Shown here: in pieces, positions 22,306-32,164 of the stretch | Numbering within the stretch: the first letter of the stretch is position 1 | How the letters are laid out: the number at the start of each line of letters is the position of its first letter | NCBI RefSeq assembly: GCF_902713615.1 | Contig: NW_024055452.1 | Location: 1-38,810 of the forward strand | Direction: 5' to 3' | Source: Scyliorhinus canicula | Lineage: Eukaryota | DNA: 38,810 nt | Translations under genes and position numbers: made by a program | The notes under the pieces: generated by a model | Seen by the model: the letters and a program-made list of their open reading frames with translations, nothing else | What the model was told of the DNA's origin: nothing | Databases searched by the model: none

Positions 22306-23244
22306 ATGTCAGGGAAGGCAGTACAATGCTCCTCCTGCAGAATGTTTGAGGTGAGGGATGCCGTCAGTGTCCCTGCTGATTTCATCTGTGGGAAGTGCAC
22401 CCAACTCCAGCTCCTCAAAAACCGTGTTAGGGACCTGGAGCTTGAGCTGGATGAACTTCGGATCATTCGGGAGGCAGAGGGGGTCATAGATAGGAGCTTC
22501 AGGGAAGTAGTTACACCAAAGACTGGAGATAGATGGGTAACTGTAAGAGGGACTGGGAAGAAGCAGTCAGTGCAGGGATCCCCTGCGGTCGTTCCCCTGA
22601 GTAACAAGTATACCGTTTTGGATACTTGTGGGGGGGGGGGGACTTACCAGGGGTAAGCCATGGGGTACGGGCCTCTGGCACGGAGTCTGTCCCTGTTGCT
22701 CAGAAGGGAAGGGGGGAAAGGAGTAGAACATTAATAATTGGGGACTCAATAGTCAGGGGCACAGATAGGAGATTTTGTGGGAGCGAGAGAGACTCACGTT
22801 TGGTATGTTGCCTCTCAGGTGCAAGGGTAAGTGATGTCTCGGATCGTGTTTTCCGGGTCCTTAAGGGGGAGGGGGAGCAGCCCCAAGTCGTAGTCCACAT
22901 TGGCACTAACGACATAGGTAGGAAAGGGGACAAGGATGTCAGGCAGGCCTTTAGGGAGCTAGGATGGAAGCTCAGAGCGAGAACAAACAGTGTTGTTATC
23001 TCTGGGTTGTTGCCCGTGCCACGTGATGGTGAGATGAGGAATAGGGAGAGAGAGCAATTAAACACGTGGCTACAGGGATGGTGCAGGCGGGAGGGATTCA
23101 GATTTCTGGATAACTGGGGCTCTTTCTGGGGAAGGTGGGACCTCTATAGACAGGATGGTCTACATCTGAACCTGAGGGGCACCAATATCCTGGGGGGGGG
23201 GGGGGGGGGAGATTTGTTAGTGCTCTTTGGGGGGTTTAAACTAA
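22306..23244 (+). CDS. CR1 ORF1p (CxxC..CxxC zinc finger, leucine zipper, SGNH esterase), broken by two G-run frameshifts in this sequence
   Basis: QCSSC..ICGKC..LKNRVRDLELEL; GDS (IIGDSIV), GxND (HIGTND) and DxxH (DGLH); G12 at 22630-22641 and G18 at 23192-23209; expected end ..RFVSALWGGLN* at 23244. Confidence 0.8.
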
Positions 23245-23300
23245 TTCAGCAGGGGCATGGGAACCTGGATTGTAGTTTTGGGGTACGGGAGATTGAGAGT

Positions 23301-26129
23301 ATGGAGGTCAGGAGCACAGATTTGACTTCGCAGGAGGGTGCCAGTGTTCAGGTAGGTGGTTTGAAGTGTGTCTACTTCAATGCCAGGAGTATACGAAATA
23401 AGGTAGGGGAACTGGCAGCATGGGTTGGTACCTGGGACTTCGACGTCGTGGCCATTTCAGAGACATGGATAGAGCAGGGACAGGAATGGTTGTTGCAGGT
23501 TCCGGGGTTTAGGTGTTTTAGTAAGCTCAGAGAAGGGGGCAAAAGAGGGGGAAGTGTGGCGCTGCTAGTCAAGGACAGTATTACGGTGGCGGAAAGGATG
23601 CTAGATGGGGACTCTTCTTCTGAGGTAGTATGGGCTGAGCTTAGAAACAGGAAAGGAGAGGTCACCCTGTTGGGAGTTTTCTATAGGCCACCTAATAGTT
23701 CTAGGGATGTAGAGGAAAGGATGGCGAAGATGATTCTGGAAAAGAGCGAAAGTAACAGGGTAGTTGTTATGGGAGACTTTAACTTTCCAAATATTGACTG
23801 GAAAAGATATAGTTCGAGTACATTAGATGGGTCGTTCTTTGTACAATGTGTGCAGGAGGGTTTCCTGACACAATATGTTGACAGGCCAACAAGAGGCGAG
23901 GCCACATTGGATTTGGTTTTGGGTAATGAACCACGCCAGGTGTTAGATCTGGAGGTAGGTGAGCACTTTGGAAACAGTGACCACAATTCGGTGACCTTTA
24001 CGTTAGTGATGGAAAGGGATAAGTATACCCCGCAGGGCAAGAGTTATAGCTGGGGGAAGGGCAATTATGATGCCATTAGACATGACTTAGGATGTGTTGG
24101 TTGGAGAAGTAGGCTGCAAGGGTTGGGCACACTGGATATGTGGAGCTTGTTCAAGGAACAGCTATTGCATGTTCGTGATAAGTACGTACCAGTCAGGCAG
24201 GGAGGAAGGGGTCGAGCGAGGGAACCGTGGTTTACCAAAGAAGTGGAATCTCTTGTTAAGAGGAAGAAGGAGGCCTCTGTGAAGATGAGGCATGAAGTTT
24301 CAGTTGGGGCGCTTGATAGTTACAAGGAAGCGAGTAAGGATCTAAAGAGAGAGCTGAGACGAGCAAGGAGGAGCCATGAGAAGTCTTTGGCAGGTAGGAT
24401 CAAGGAAAACCCAAAAGCTTTCTATAGGTATGTCAGGAATAAAAGAATGACTAGGGTAAGAGTAGGGCCAGTCAAGGACAGTGGTGGGAAGTTGTGTGTG
24501 GAGGCTGAGGAGATAAGCGAGATACTAAATGAATACTTTTTGTCAGTATTCACTCAAGAAAAAGATAATATTGTGGAGGAGAATGCTGAGACCCAGGCTA
24601 TTAGAATAGATGGCATTGAGGTGCGTAGGGAAGAAGTGTTGGCAATTCTGGACAAGGTGAAAATAGATAAGTCCCCGGGGCCGGATGGGATTTATCCTAG
24701 GATTCTCTGGGAAGCCAGGGAAGAGATTGCTGAGCCTTTGGCTTTGATTTTTAGGTCATCATTGGCTACAGGAATAGTGCCAGAGGACTGGAGGATAGCA
24801 AATGTGGTCCCTTTGTTCAAGAAGGGGAGTAGAGATAACCCCGGTAACTATAGGCCGGTGAGCCTAACGTCTGTGGTGGGTAAGGTCTTGGAGAGGATTA
24901 TAAAAGATACGATTTATAATCATCTAGATAGGAATAATATGATTAGGGATAGTCAGCATGGTTTTGTGAAGGGTAAGTCATGCCTCACAAACCTTATCGA
25001 GTTCTTTGAGAAGGTGACTGATCAGGTAGACGAGGGTAGAGCAGTTGATGTGGTGTATATGGATTTCAGTAAAGCGTTTGATAAGGTTCCCCATGGTCGG
25101 CTATTGCAGAAAATACGGAGGCTGGGGATTGAGGGTGATTTAGAGATGTGGATCAGAAATTGGCTAGTTGAAAGAAGACAGAGAGTGGTAGTTGATGGGA
25201 AATGTTCAGAATGGAGTTCAGTTACGAGTGGCGTACCACAAGGATCTGTTCTGGGGCCGTTGCTGTTTGTCATTTTTATAAATGACCTAGAGGAGGGCGC
25301 AGAAGGATGGGTGAGTAAATTTGCAGACGACACTAAAGTTGGTGGAGTTGTAGACAGTGCGGAAGGATGTGGCAGGTTACAGAGGGACATAGATAAGCTG
25401 CAGAGCTGGGCTGAGAGGTGGCAAATGGAGTTTAATGTGGATAAGTGTGAGGTGATTCACTTTGGAAAGAATAACAGGAATGCGGAATATTTGGCTAATG
25501 GTAAAATTCTTGGTAGTGTGGATGAGCAGAGGGATCTCGGTGTCCATGTACATAGATCCCTGAAAGTTGCCACCCAGGTTGATAGGGTAGTGAAGAAGGC
25601 CTATGGTGTGTTGGCCTTTATTGGTAGAGGGATTGAGTTCCGGAGCCATGAGGTCATGTTGCAGTTGTACAAAACTCTAGTACGGCCGCATTTGGAGTAT
25701 TGCGTACAGTTCTGGTCGCCTCATTATAGGAAGGACGTGGAAGCTTTAGAACGGGTGCAGAGGAGATTTACCAGGATGTTGCCTGGTATGGAGGGAAAAT
25801 CTTATGAGGAAAGGCTGATGGACTTGAGGTTGTTTTCGTTAGAGAGAAGAAGGTTAAGAGGTGACTTAATAGAGGCATACAAAATGATCAGAGGGTCAGA
25901 TAGGGTGGACAGCGAGAGCCTTCTCCCGCGGATGGAGGTGGCTAGCACGAGGGGACATAGCCTTAAATTGAGGGGTAATAGATATAGGACAGAGGTCAGA
26001 GGTGGGTTTTTTACGCAAAGAGTGGTGAGGCCGTGGAATGCCCTAACTGCAACAGTAGTGAACTCGCCAACATTGAGGGCATTAAAAAATTTATTGGATA
26101 AGCATATGGATGATAAGGGCATAGTGTAG
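23301..26129 (+). CDS. CR1 ORF2p (APE endonuclease plus reverse transcriptase), about 942 aa from the ATG at 23301, uninterrupted
   Basis: APE motifs NARS, SETW, GVFYRPP, MGDFN, SDH; RT motifs PGPDG, YRPVSLTS, QHGF, DFSKAFD, GVPQGSVLGP, FADD. The true start codon is inferred. Confidence 0.93.
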   Translation: MEVRSTDLTSQEGASVQVGGLKCVYFNARSIRNKVGELAAWVGTWDFDVVAISETWIEQGQEWLLQVPGFRCFSKLREGGKRGGSVALLVKDSITVAERMLDGDSSSEVVWAELRNRKGEVTLLGVFYRPPNSSRDVEERMAKMILEKSESNRVVVMGDFNFPNIDWKRYSSSTLDGSFFVQCVQEGFLTQYVDRPTRGEATLDLVLGNEPRQVLDLEVGEHFGNSDHNSVTFTLVMERDKYTPQGKSYSWGKGNYDAIRHDLGCVGWRSRLQGLGTLDMWSLFKEQLLHVRDKYVPVRQGGRGRAREPWFTKEVESLVKRKKEASVKMRHEVSVGALDSYKEASKDLKRELRRARRSHEKSLAGRIKENPKAFYRYVRNKRMTRVRVGPVKDSGGKLCVEAEEISEILNEYFLSVFTQEKDNIVEENAETQAIRIDGIEVRREEVLAILDKVKIDKSPGPDGIYPRILWEAREEIAEPLALIFRSSLATGIVPEDWRIANVVPLFKKGSRDNPGNYRPVSLTSVVGKVLERIIKDTIYNHLDRNNMIRDSQHGFVKGKSCLTNLIEFFEKVTDQVDEGRAVDVVYMDFSKAFDKVPHGRLLQKIRRLGIEGDLEMWIRNWLVERRQRVVVDGKCSEWSSVTSGVPQGSVLGPLLFVIFINDLEEGAEGWVSKFADDTKVGGVVDSAEGCGRLQRDIDKLQSWAERWQMEFNVDKCEVIHFGKNNRNAEYLANGKILGSVDEQRDLGVHVHRSLKVATQVDRVVKKAYGVLAFIGRGIEFRSHEVMLQLYKTLVRPHLEYCVQFWSPHYRKDVEALERVQRRFTRMLPGMEGKSYEERLMDLRLFSLERRRLRGDLIEAYKMIRGSDRVDSESLLPRMEVASTRGHSLKLRGNRYRTEVRGGFFTQRVVRPWNALTATVVNSPTLRALKNLLDKHMDDKGIV

Positions 26130-26228
26130 GTTAGATGGCCTTTAGTTTTTTTTCCATGTCGGTGCAACATTGAGGGCCGAAGGGCCTGTACTGCGCTGTA
26201 TCGTTCTATGTTCTATGTTCTATGTTAT

Positions 26229-26590
26229 TGGTTACATTTGTGTTTCATATTCTTCAGTCAGTCTGCTTGTCTGGTTGTATATGTCTGTATACATGCATGT
26301 ACCCACTTGTGTGTGTGGAATTGTGTTTGTATGTGTGGATGCGCACGTGAGTCTGTGTGTTTCTAAACATGTGCTTTTTGTGTTTATGTGCATGCTTGTG
26401 AATTTTTGTGCACATTTGCGTGTGTTTTTGTGTCAAAATATGTGTGGTCCGTTGTGCCTGGGTGTATGTTTGTGCATGTGTTTCTATGTGTGTGTCCATG
26501 TGTGTGTTTGTGTCTACGTGCGAGCGTGTGTGTGTTTCTGGGTCTGTGTGCATGTGTAGTGTCTGTGTCTGTTTATCTGTCTGTGTATTT
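26229..26590. repeat. TG-rich low-complexity intron sequence (counterparts at about 13220-13600 and 14175-14365)
   Basis: Degenerate (TG)n and TGTA/TGTC runs on both sides of the LINE insertion. Confidence 0.7.
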
Positions 26591-26734
26591 GTATCAGCTG
26601 CCTGTAGCTTTGCCAGTTGTGGGTATTATTGATACCGATGTAGAATTGGTGGAGGTGGAGATACAGAGAGTTCACTCATCACCTTCCTCCTCTTGTGGTT
26701 GGGAAAGTGGAGGTAAAATGGGTTAGTATTGCCC

Positions 26735-27345
26735 CTTTGCTCTCTTTGTTGGGGAAGTGGGGAGGCAGTGCATTAAATAATGTCCTTCCACTCATTGTTG
26801 GAAGCGGGTGTCCAGTGGATTAACTCAGCCCCCCACTGTCTCTTTGTTGGGGAAGTGGGGGGGTACAGTGTGTTAAGTAATGCCCCAACCCCTCTCTTTG
26901 TTGGGGACGTGGGGAGACAATGGATTAACTAATGCCCCTCTCTTTGTTGGTGAAGTGGGGCTACAGTGGATTAACTAAATCCCCTCCCACTCTTTCTGTT
27001 GGTGAAGTGGGGGTACAGTAGATTAACTAAAGCCCCTCCCACTCTCTCTGTTGGGGAAGTGGGGGTACAGTGAATTAACTAAAGACCCTCCCCCTCCCTC
27101 TATTGGGGAAGTGGGGGTACAGTGGATTAACTAATGCCCCTCCCCTCTCTGTTGGGGAAGTGGGGGTACAGTGGATTAACTAATGCCCCTCCTCCTCTCT
27201 CTGTTGGGGAAGTGGGGATACAGTGGTTAACTAATGCCCTTCCCCATCTCTCTGTGGGGGAGGTGGGTGGGTGGGGAGACAGTGGAATAACTAATACCCC
27301 TCCCACTCTCTCTGTTGGGGAGGTAGGGGTACAGTAGATTAACAA
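26735..27345. repeat. About 49-bp G-rich minisatellite, about 12 diverged copies
   Basis: Unit approximately TGTTGGGGAAGTGGGGGTACAGTGGATTAACTAATGCCCCTCCCCTCTC; AGTGGATTAA recurs at 27121 and 27170. Confidence 0.88.
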
Positions 27346-27758
27346 TTTCACTTTCCCCTCTCTTTGACGGGGGATTGTTGGTCCATGTTTCTGTGTGACC
27401 CTCAATTCAGTTCCCAGTGGGTGTGATGCAGCAACTTAAAGCTGACATTAATTTTAAAGGGATGGACAATGAGAGCAGCAGGAACACCGAGATTTAAATG
27501 TGATGGGTTTGTTTGCCTGAAATGATTTCTCCTCAGTGGGAGGAAAGTCAATGAAGATATTTTGCTGAATCCTGGAATGAATGAGTTTTACTCTGTCTCT
27601 AACCCAGGGTGTATCTGAGCTGGGAGCTCTGGTTGTATCAGACTTGGGGCCGAGACCTGTAGAAACCCGGGTCTCATTGAACAGATCTAATATCAGCAAA
27701 GTGGAAGCACCATTAATTATGCGGCTGTGTATTTAAATCACAATTGGAGGAAAAAACC

Positions 27759-27774
27759 TTTATTATTTTTTATT
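27759..27774 (-). terminator. Secretory IgM poly(A) signals (two AATAAA)
   Basis: TTTATT at 27759-27764 and 27769-27774, 28-43 nt past the secretory stop. Confidence 0.75.
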
Positions 27775-27801
27775 TTAGTTGGAAATATAACAAATAGATT
27801 C

Positions 27802-28193
27802 TCATTGACATGAATTAACGGTGTCCATCAGAGCGAGGGAAATGTTCACAAAACTGGGTTTACCGCTGGATTTATCAACCGTTCTGTTGATGATCTTCAA
27901 GGGGATGGCTTCATGTCCCACCACACAGGAGTAAGAAGCGCCGCTAGCCCACTCCTCCGCTGCAATGGATAACAGGCTGTACATGAAGAAGGAGCTATTG
28001 CCGGTCTTCGCCATCACCTCGGTGTTCTTGTAGTTCCCGGGATTCACCGGCTTGTCATTGACGGTCCACTTGACGAAGATCTCTCGGGGGGAGAAACCTC
28101 TCACTAAGCAGCTGAGGGAGACGAATCTCTGAGCGGAGACGTCTTCCGCCGAGGGCAGGAGGACAGAGACGGACGGTTCCCGCGGATTGGGAT
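27802..28193 (-). CDS. IGHM: IgM CH4 exon plus secretory tailpiece; internal donor at 27864/27863 for the membrane form
   Basis: TCTGCAG| acceptor; [43 protein letters not shown]...[25 protein letters not shown]|GTAAAC; tail [20 protein letters not shown] with N-glycan site and penultimate Cys. Confidence 0.96.
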
Positions 28194-28489
28194 CTGCAGA
28201 AAATGTACAATAAATGTCAATAAAATGGGGAATTCCGGAGACAATGGAACCGCGGGTTAGATGTGAGAGAAATGTGTTTTGTGTTGGATTTTAAAGGTTT
28301 CCATTTTCCACTTTGGGATCTGTCCGGTTTCCCAGCTCGGAGCAGAGGTGGACACAATCCTTTTCCCTGAGAATTTACGGATATTGGATTCGAAAGTTTC
28401 AGAAAATGTACAGCAGGGAAACAGGCCATTCGGCCCAACTCTTCTGTGCTGGTGTATAAACTCCACATCAAACTCCCCCTACCTCAAGA

Positions 28490-29680
28490 GGATTGGAAAA
28501 CTGCCAATGTAACACCCTTATTCAAAAGGGAGGGAGACAAAAACAGGTAACTATAGGCCAGGAACCTCAGTAGCTGAGCATTTAGACATACAGAGTATAA
28601 TCAAGCAGGTTCTGCACGGCTTCGTGAAGGGTAAATCATGCCTGACAAATTTATTGCAATTGTTTGAGGTGATAAGGAGAAGGCGAGAGAGAGGGGGACC
28701 AGTAGATGTAATATACATGAATTTCAAAACTGTGTTTAATAAATGAATGCACTATTCCCATGGCTGCAGATGACAAAAATAGAAAGGCAAGTGGTGAGGT
28801 TACAGAAAATCTAGAGAGGGACAGAGACAGCTTCAGTCACTGAGTTAAAACTTGGCAGATGGGACATAATGTTGGAAAATGTGAGGTTAGACACTTTGGG
28901 AGGAGGAGGAACATAACGGAATATTATTTAGATGGAGAAAGACTGCAGAAAGCTGAAGTAACGGGGGAATTGGGGGTCCTCGTGCAGAAACCACAAAAAA
29001 GCAAATTCTGCAGGTAATATGGAGACAAATTGAATGTTGACATTTATTTCAAAGGGAATAGAATATAAACATGGGGAAGTCTGGCTAAAACTATACAAGG
29101 CATTAGTTAGTCTACACCTGATACACTTTGAATAGTTTTGTTGCCCTTATCTGAGGAAGACAGATTGGTTTTGAGGGCAGTCCAGAGAAGGATCACGAGG
29201 TTGATCCCGAGTATGGAGGGATTTTCTTATGGGGAGAGGTTAAGTATTTTGTGTTGTACATATTGGAGTTTAGAAGAATGAAGGCGGCCTAATCGAGACA
29301 TGAAATATTCTCCGGGAGCTTCTTAGGATAGACGCTAACAGATTGTTTTCCCTTGTAGGAGCGTCTAGGAGCAGCGTGCATGATCGCAAAGTGAGGGTTC
29401 GCCCATTTCAGACCGAGATGAGAAGGAATTTCCTCTCTCAGAGGGTAGTGAAGCTGTGGAATTATTTAACCTGTAGATTCTGGGTCGGTCGGTATTTTCA
29501 AGGTTGAGAGGGAAACATTTTCAATTAGTAAAAGCGTCAAGAGATATGGGGATAAGGTGGGAAAGAGGAGTTGAAGATTATCACAGCAGATCAGTCATGA
29601 CCTCACGGAAGGCTGGGCCTCTGTTGATGGGCCCAATGACCTTCATCTGCTCCTAAATCTTGTGGTCTATGGTCTCGCTC
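28490..29680 (+). mobile_element. Old, internally deleted CR1 ORF2/3' UTR fragment in the CH3-CH4 intron
   Basis: PQEDWK.ANVTPLFK...GNYRP, HGFVKGKSCLTNL and other ORF2 remnants with many stops; ends in a CTGCTCCTAAATCTTGTGGTCTATGG tail. Confidence 0.8.
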
Positions 29681-29837
29681 CGTCTAAACCCAATATCACT
29701 GTTTTCAATTCATTGTTCATTCTGCTACATATCAATTTCCCCCTTAAACTCTGAGGGCCCAGAGTATTTAGTTAGAGGAATTACCAATCAGAATGGACCA
29801 TAAATACACTGAATGCTAAATACTGACCGCTGCACTG

Positions 29838-29992
29838 TCTGTGTGGAGTTTGCACATTCTCCCCGTGCCTGCGTGGGTTTCACCCCCACAACCCAAAGAT
29901 GTGCAGGTTAGGTGGATTGGCCACGCTAAATTGCCCCTTAATTGGAAAAAAATAATTGGGTACGCTAAATTTGAAAAAAAAAGAAAAAAAAA
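29838..29992 (+). mobile_element. 5'-truncated young SINE with poly(A) tail and 20-bp TSD (AAATACTGACCGCTGCACTG)
   Basis: TSD at 29818-29837 and 29993-30012; 52 bp from the CH3 donor. Confidence 0.88.
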
Positions 29993-30064
29993 AAATACTG
30001 ACCGCTGCACTGACACCAGAAATAGACACAATGACTCACTTATTGCTTCAGTCTCACCGCTCAC

Positions 30065-30373
30065 CTATTTTTTTGTGTATTGAAATTCTTAAAGGAGTTG
30101 GCAGGTCCTGATGGCTCGCCACACAGTCAAACACAGCCCCACTCAGCCAGGCTTGTGTCGAGATGTTTAATTTGCTGACCACGCTCTCAGTATCTGCCCC
30201 AGGCTGGTCGGCAATCTGTGATTTCAGCGGCTTCTTCGCTTCACTCCAGGACACGTTGACTCCATAAGGAGCATTCGAAATGATGCAGGTTAAGGTTACA
30301 GTTACCTCCAGTAAGACCTGTTCTATTGGTGGTGGCAGTATTGTTCCTGAGGCTACAGTGCAAACGGAAGGAT
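30065..30373 (-). CDS. IGHM: IgM CH3 exon
   Basis: TTCACAG| acceptor and G|GTGAGC donor; 309 bp, phase 1; [43 protein letters not shown]...[22 protein letters not shown]. Confidence 0.95.
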
Positions 30374-30995
30374 CTGTGAATGAAAAAAGTGGAAATCAAC
30401 CCAAGTTTCATCTTCAGAATCAGGACAGCAGGATTCAGCCTTCACTCACTCAATGGGAATGAATCAACTTCGAGACTTCTAATGATCGCCATTAATCTTC
30501 TATACACGTTTGGTCAGTGTAAACTCTTCTCATTATGAAATACAGTCAGCCCCAATGCCATTCTAACGAATCAGTATTGCAGCATTCCCAATACAAATAC
30601 TCAAGTGCTGATCTCAGGAACGAAGTACTGAGGGCTTATTTATAAATAGATTGGATTGAACTTTCCAACACTTTCGTCCCGGAGCTGTTATCAGTAAAGT
30701 GTTTCAGACACCCACTGACTCTTAAATATACGCAGCGGTCTCAGGATAAAGCTGATATCAAGGCCACCTCACTCACTAAATGACTTCAAATTAGAGCGAA
30801 ACATGAATTTATATACTGATCAAATCCTGAATGGTGAGCAATCCTAATGCAGCTTTTCCATCAGAATGAAACACAAACTACATGGCAGTAAATTAGAAGT
30901 TATTCTGTGCTTTGTACTAACTTCAGTAAATTCCTGATTTGGATTAACATCAGAATGCAGGATGATTCATTCTTTCCTCTGTTTGTGTCTCTTAC

Positions 30996-31304
30996 CAGAC
31001 GCGGTGATGTTGTAACTTTGGGTGACCTCTTGATGAGTGACCTGGCAGGTATAGACCGCTCTGCTGAACCATTCCCCAGCGGAGAGTGTCAGCCGACTGC
31101 TCGCTGAGAAGTTCCCGTTCACTTCACAGGCGGGAGAGGTGACAATTCCTGACCCCATGGGTTGTCCATTCTTCAGCCACTTCACCGTGATTGAATTTGG
31201 CTGGAAATCGTTAATTGAACAGACGATGGTTGCAAATTTCTGTCTTGTGATTTCTTCACTGGAACTCACGGTGAGGAGAACATTTGGAGCATAAATTCTG
31301 GGAC
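30996..31304 (-). CDS. IGHM: IgM CH2 exon
   Basis: TTCTTGAAG| acceptor and G|GTAAGA donor; 309 bp; [47 protein letters not shown]...[19 protein letters not shown]. Confidence 0.95.
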
Positions 31305-31509
31305 CTTCAAGAAACACAATTAGATATTTCTTGCAGAAGAAATTGATGAAAAAAATGAGTTCATATGCTTTAAAACATGTTTGTGGTCAATAGACACAAA
31401 GCTTGATTTTCCAGGGAAGAAATATGCAGAGTATTAAAATTAGTTATATCCAAGACCCTATACAAGATAATCATAGGTTTCTGATTCTCACAGATTCCAC
31501 AACACTTAC

Positions 31510-31809
31510 ATGTCATTCCAATGCTCTTGGCTGAGCCGCTGTGTCGAACCGCACAGCTGATTTTGCTGCATGCCCCCTCTGACTCGGTGATGGTTAACTG
31601 GCTGCTCAGGGTGTAGGTTCCCTTCTTGTTTCTCACTGACGGGTATTTCTTAACTCCAGTGGCGATCAGCTGCCCATCTTTCTTCCAGGTAAGGCTGGTG
31701 ATTTCTGGGGAGTAGTCCATCGCCAAACAGCCGAAGGTCACGGAGCCGTCGGTGTTGTGTTGCTGGCAGGAGGAAACCAGGCTGTAGAGAGTGGGCGGAG
31801 ACGGTGTCG
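31510..31809 (-). CDS. IGHM: IgM CH1 exon
   Basis: TTCTCTCCCAG| acceptor and T|GTAAGT donor; 300 bp; [44 protein letters not shown]...[17 protein letters not shown]. Confidence 0.95.
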
Positions 31810-32164
31810 CTGGGAGAGAATGGCCCATTCAACAGGTTAGACTCTGGGATTGTATTTATTCAGTAACCAAACATTTCAAAATTTGACGAGAACTATGTGT
31901 TTATTCCAACATTTTCCTAACAAATGTTACATCCACATTTCAGCTTCTATTAGTTCTACCATTTGAGAACCAACACCTGTTTGCCCCTCATTAGAAACTC
32001 ACATCTTTCTCCGTCTCTATCACATAAAAACAACATGTTGATGTAATCTGAATGATGTAATTTGCATTGGATTGAAAGCGAAAGCGAAGAGCGGATGATT
32101 TTCCCCATTATGTCAGCCATCATGGAAAACAAAATGTAATGTCCCATAGACCCGGAGTCTGCTC

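Larger units (their letters stand above)
14369..26228 (+). mobile_element. Full-length CR1-clade LINE with esterase-type ORF1, intact ORF2 and giant 5' monomer array, antisense in the IgM CH4-TM1 intron
   Basis: 3' tail (TTCTATG)n at about 26205-26228; ATGTTAT at 14362-14368 and 26222-26228; TG-rich host sequence on both flanks. Confidence 0.88.

Noticed and set aside
22626-26129. 1167-aa ORF as one genuine novel esterase-endonuclease-RT gene
   Set aside because: It starts at a GTG beside a G-run and the fusion depends on the length of a second G-run; best explained as frameshifted ORF1 plus ORF2.
26170-26726. Val/Cys-rich and His/Thr-rich ORFs, initially considered as TM exon candidates
   Set aside because: Translations of TG-rich sequence; the true TM1 and TM2 were found at 12731-12858 and 12584-12592.
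27802-31809. IgW or IgNAR instead of IgM
   Set aside because: Four C domains, the SSCQQ light-chain Cys, and the [20 protein letters not shown] tail match shark IgM as I recall it.
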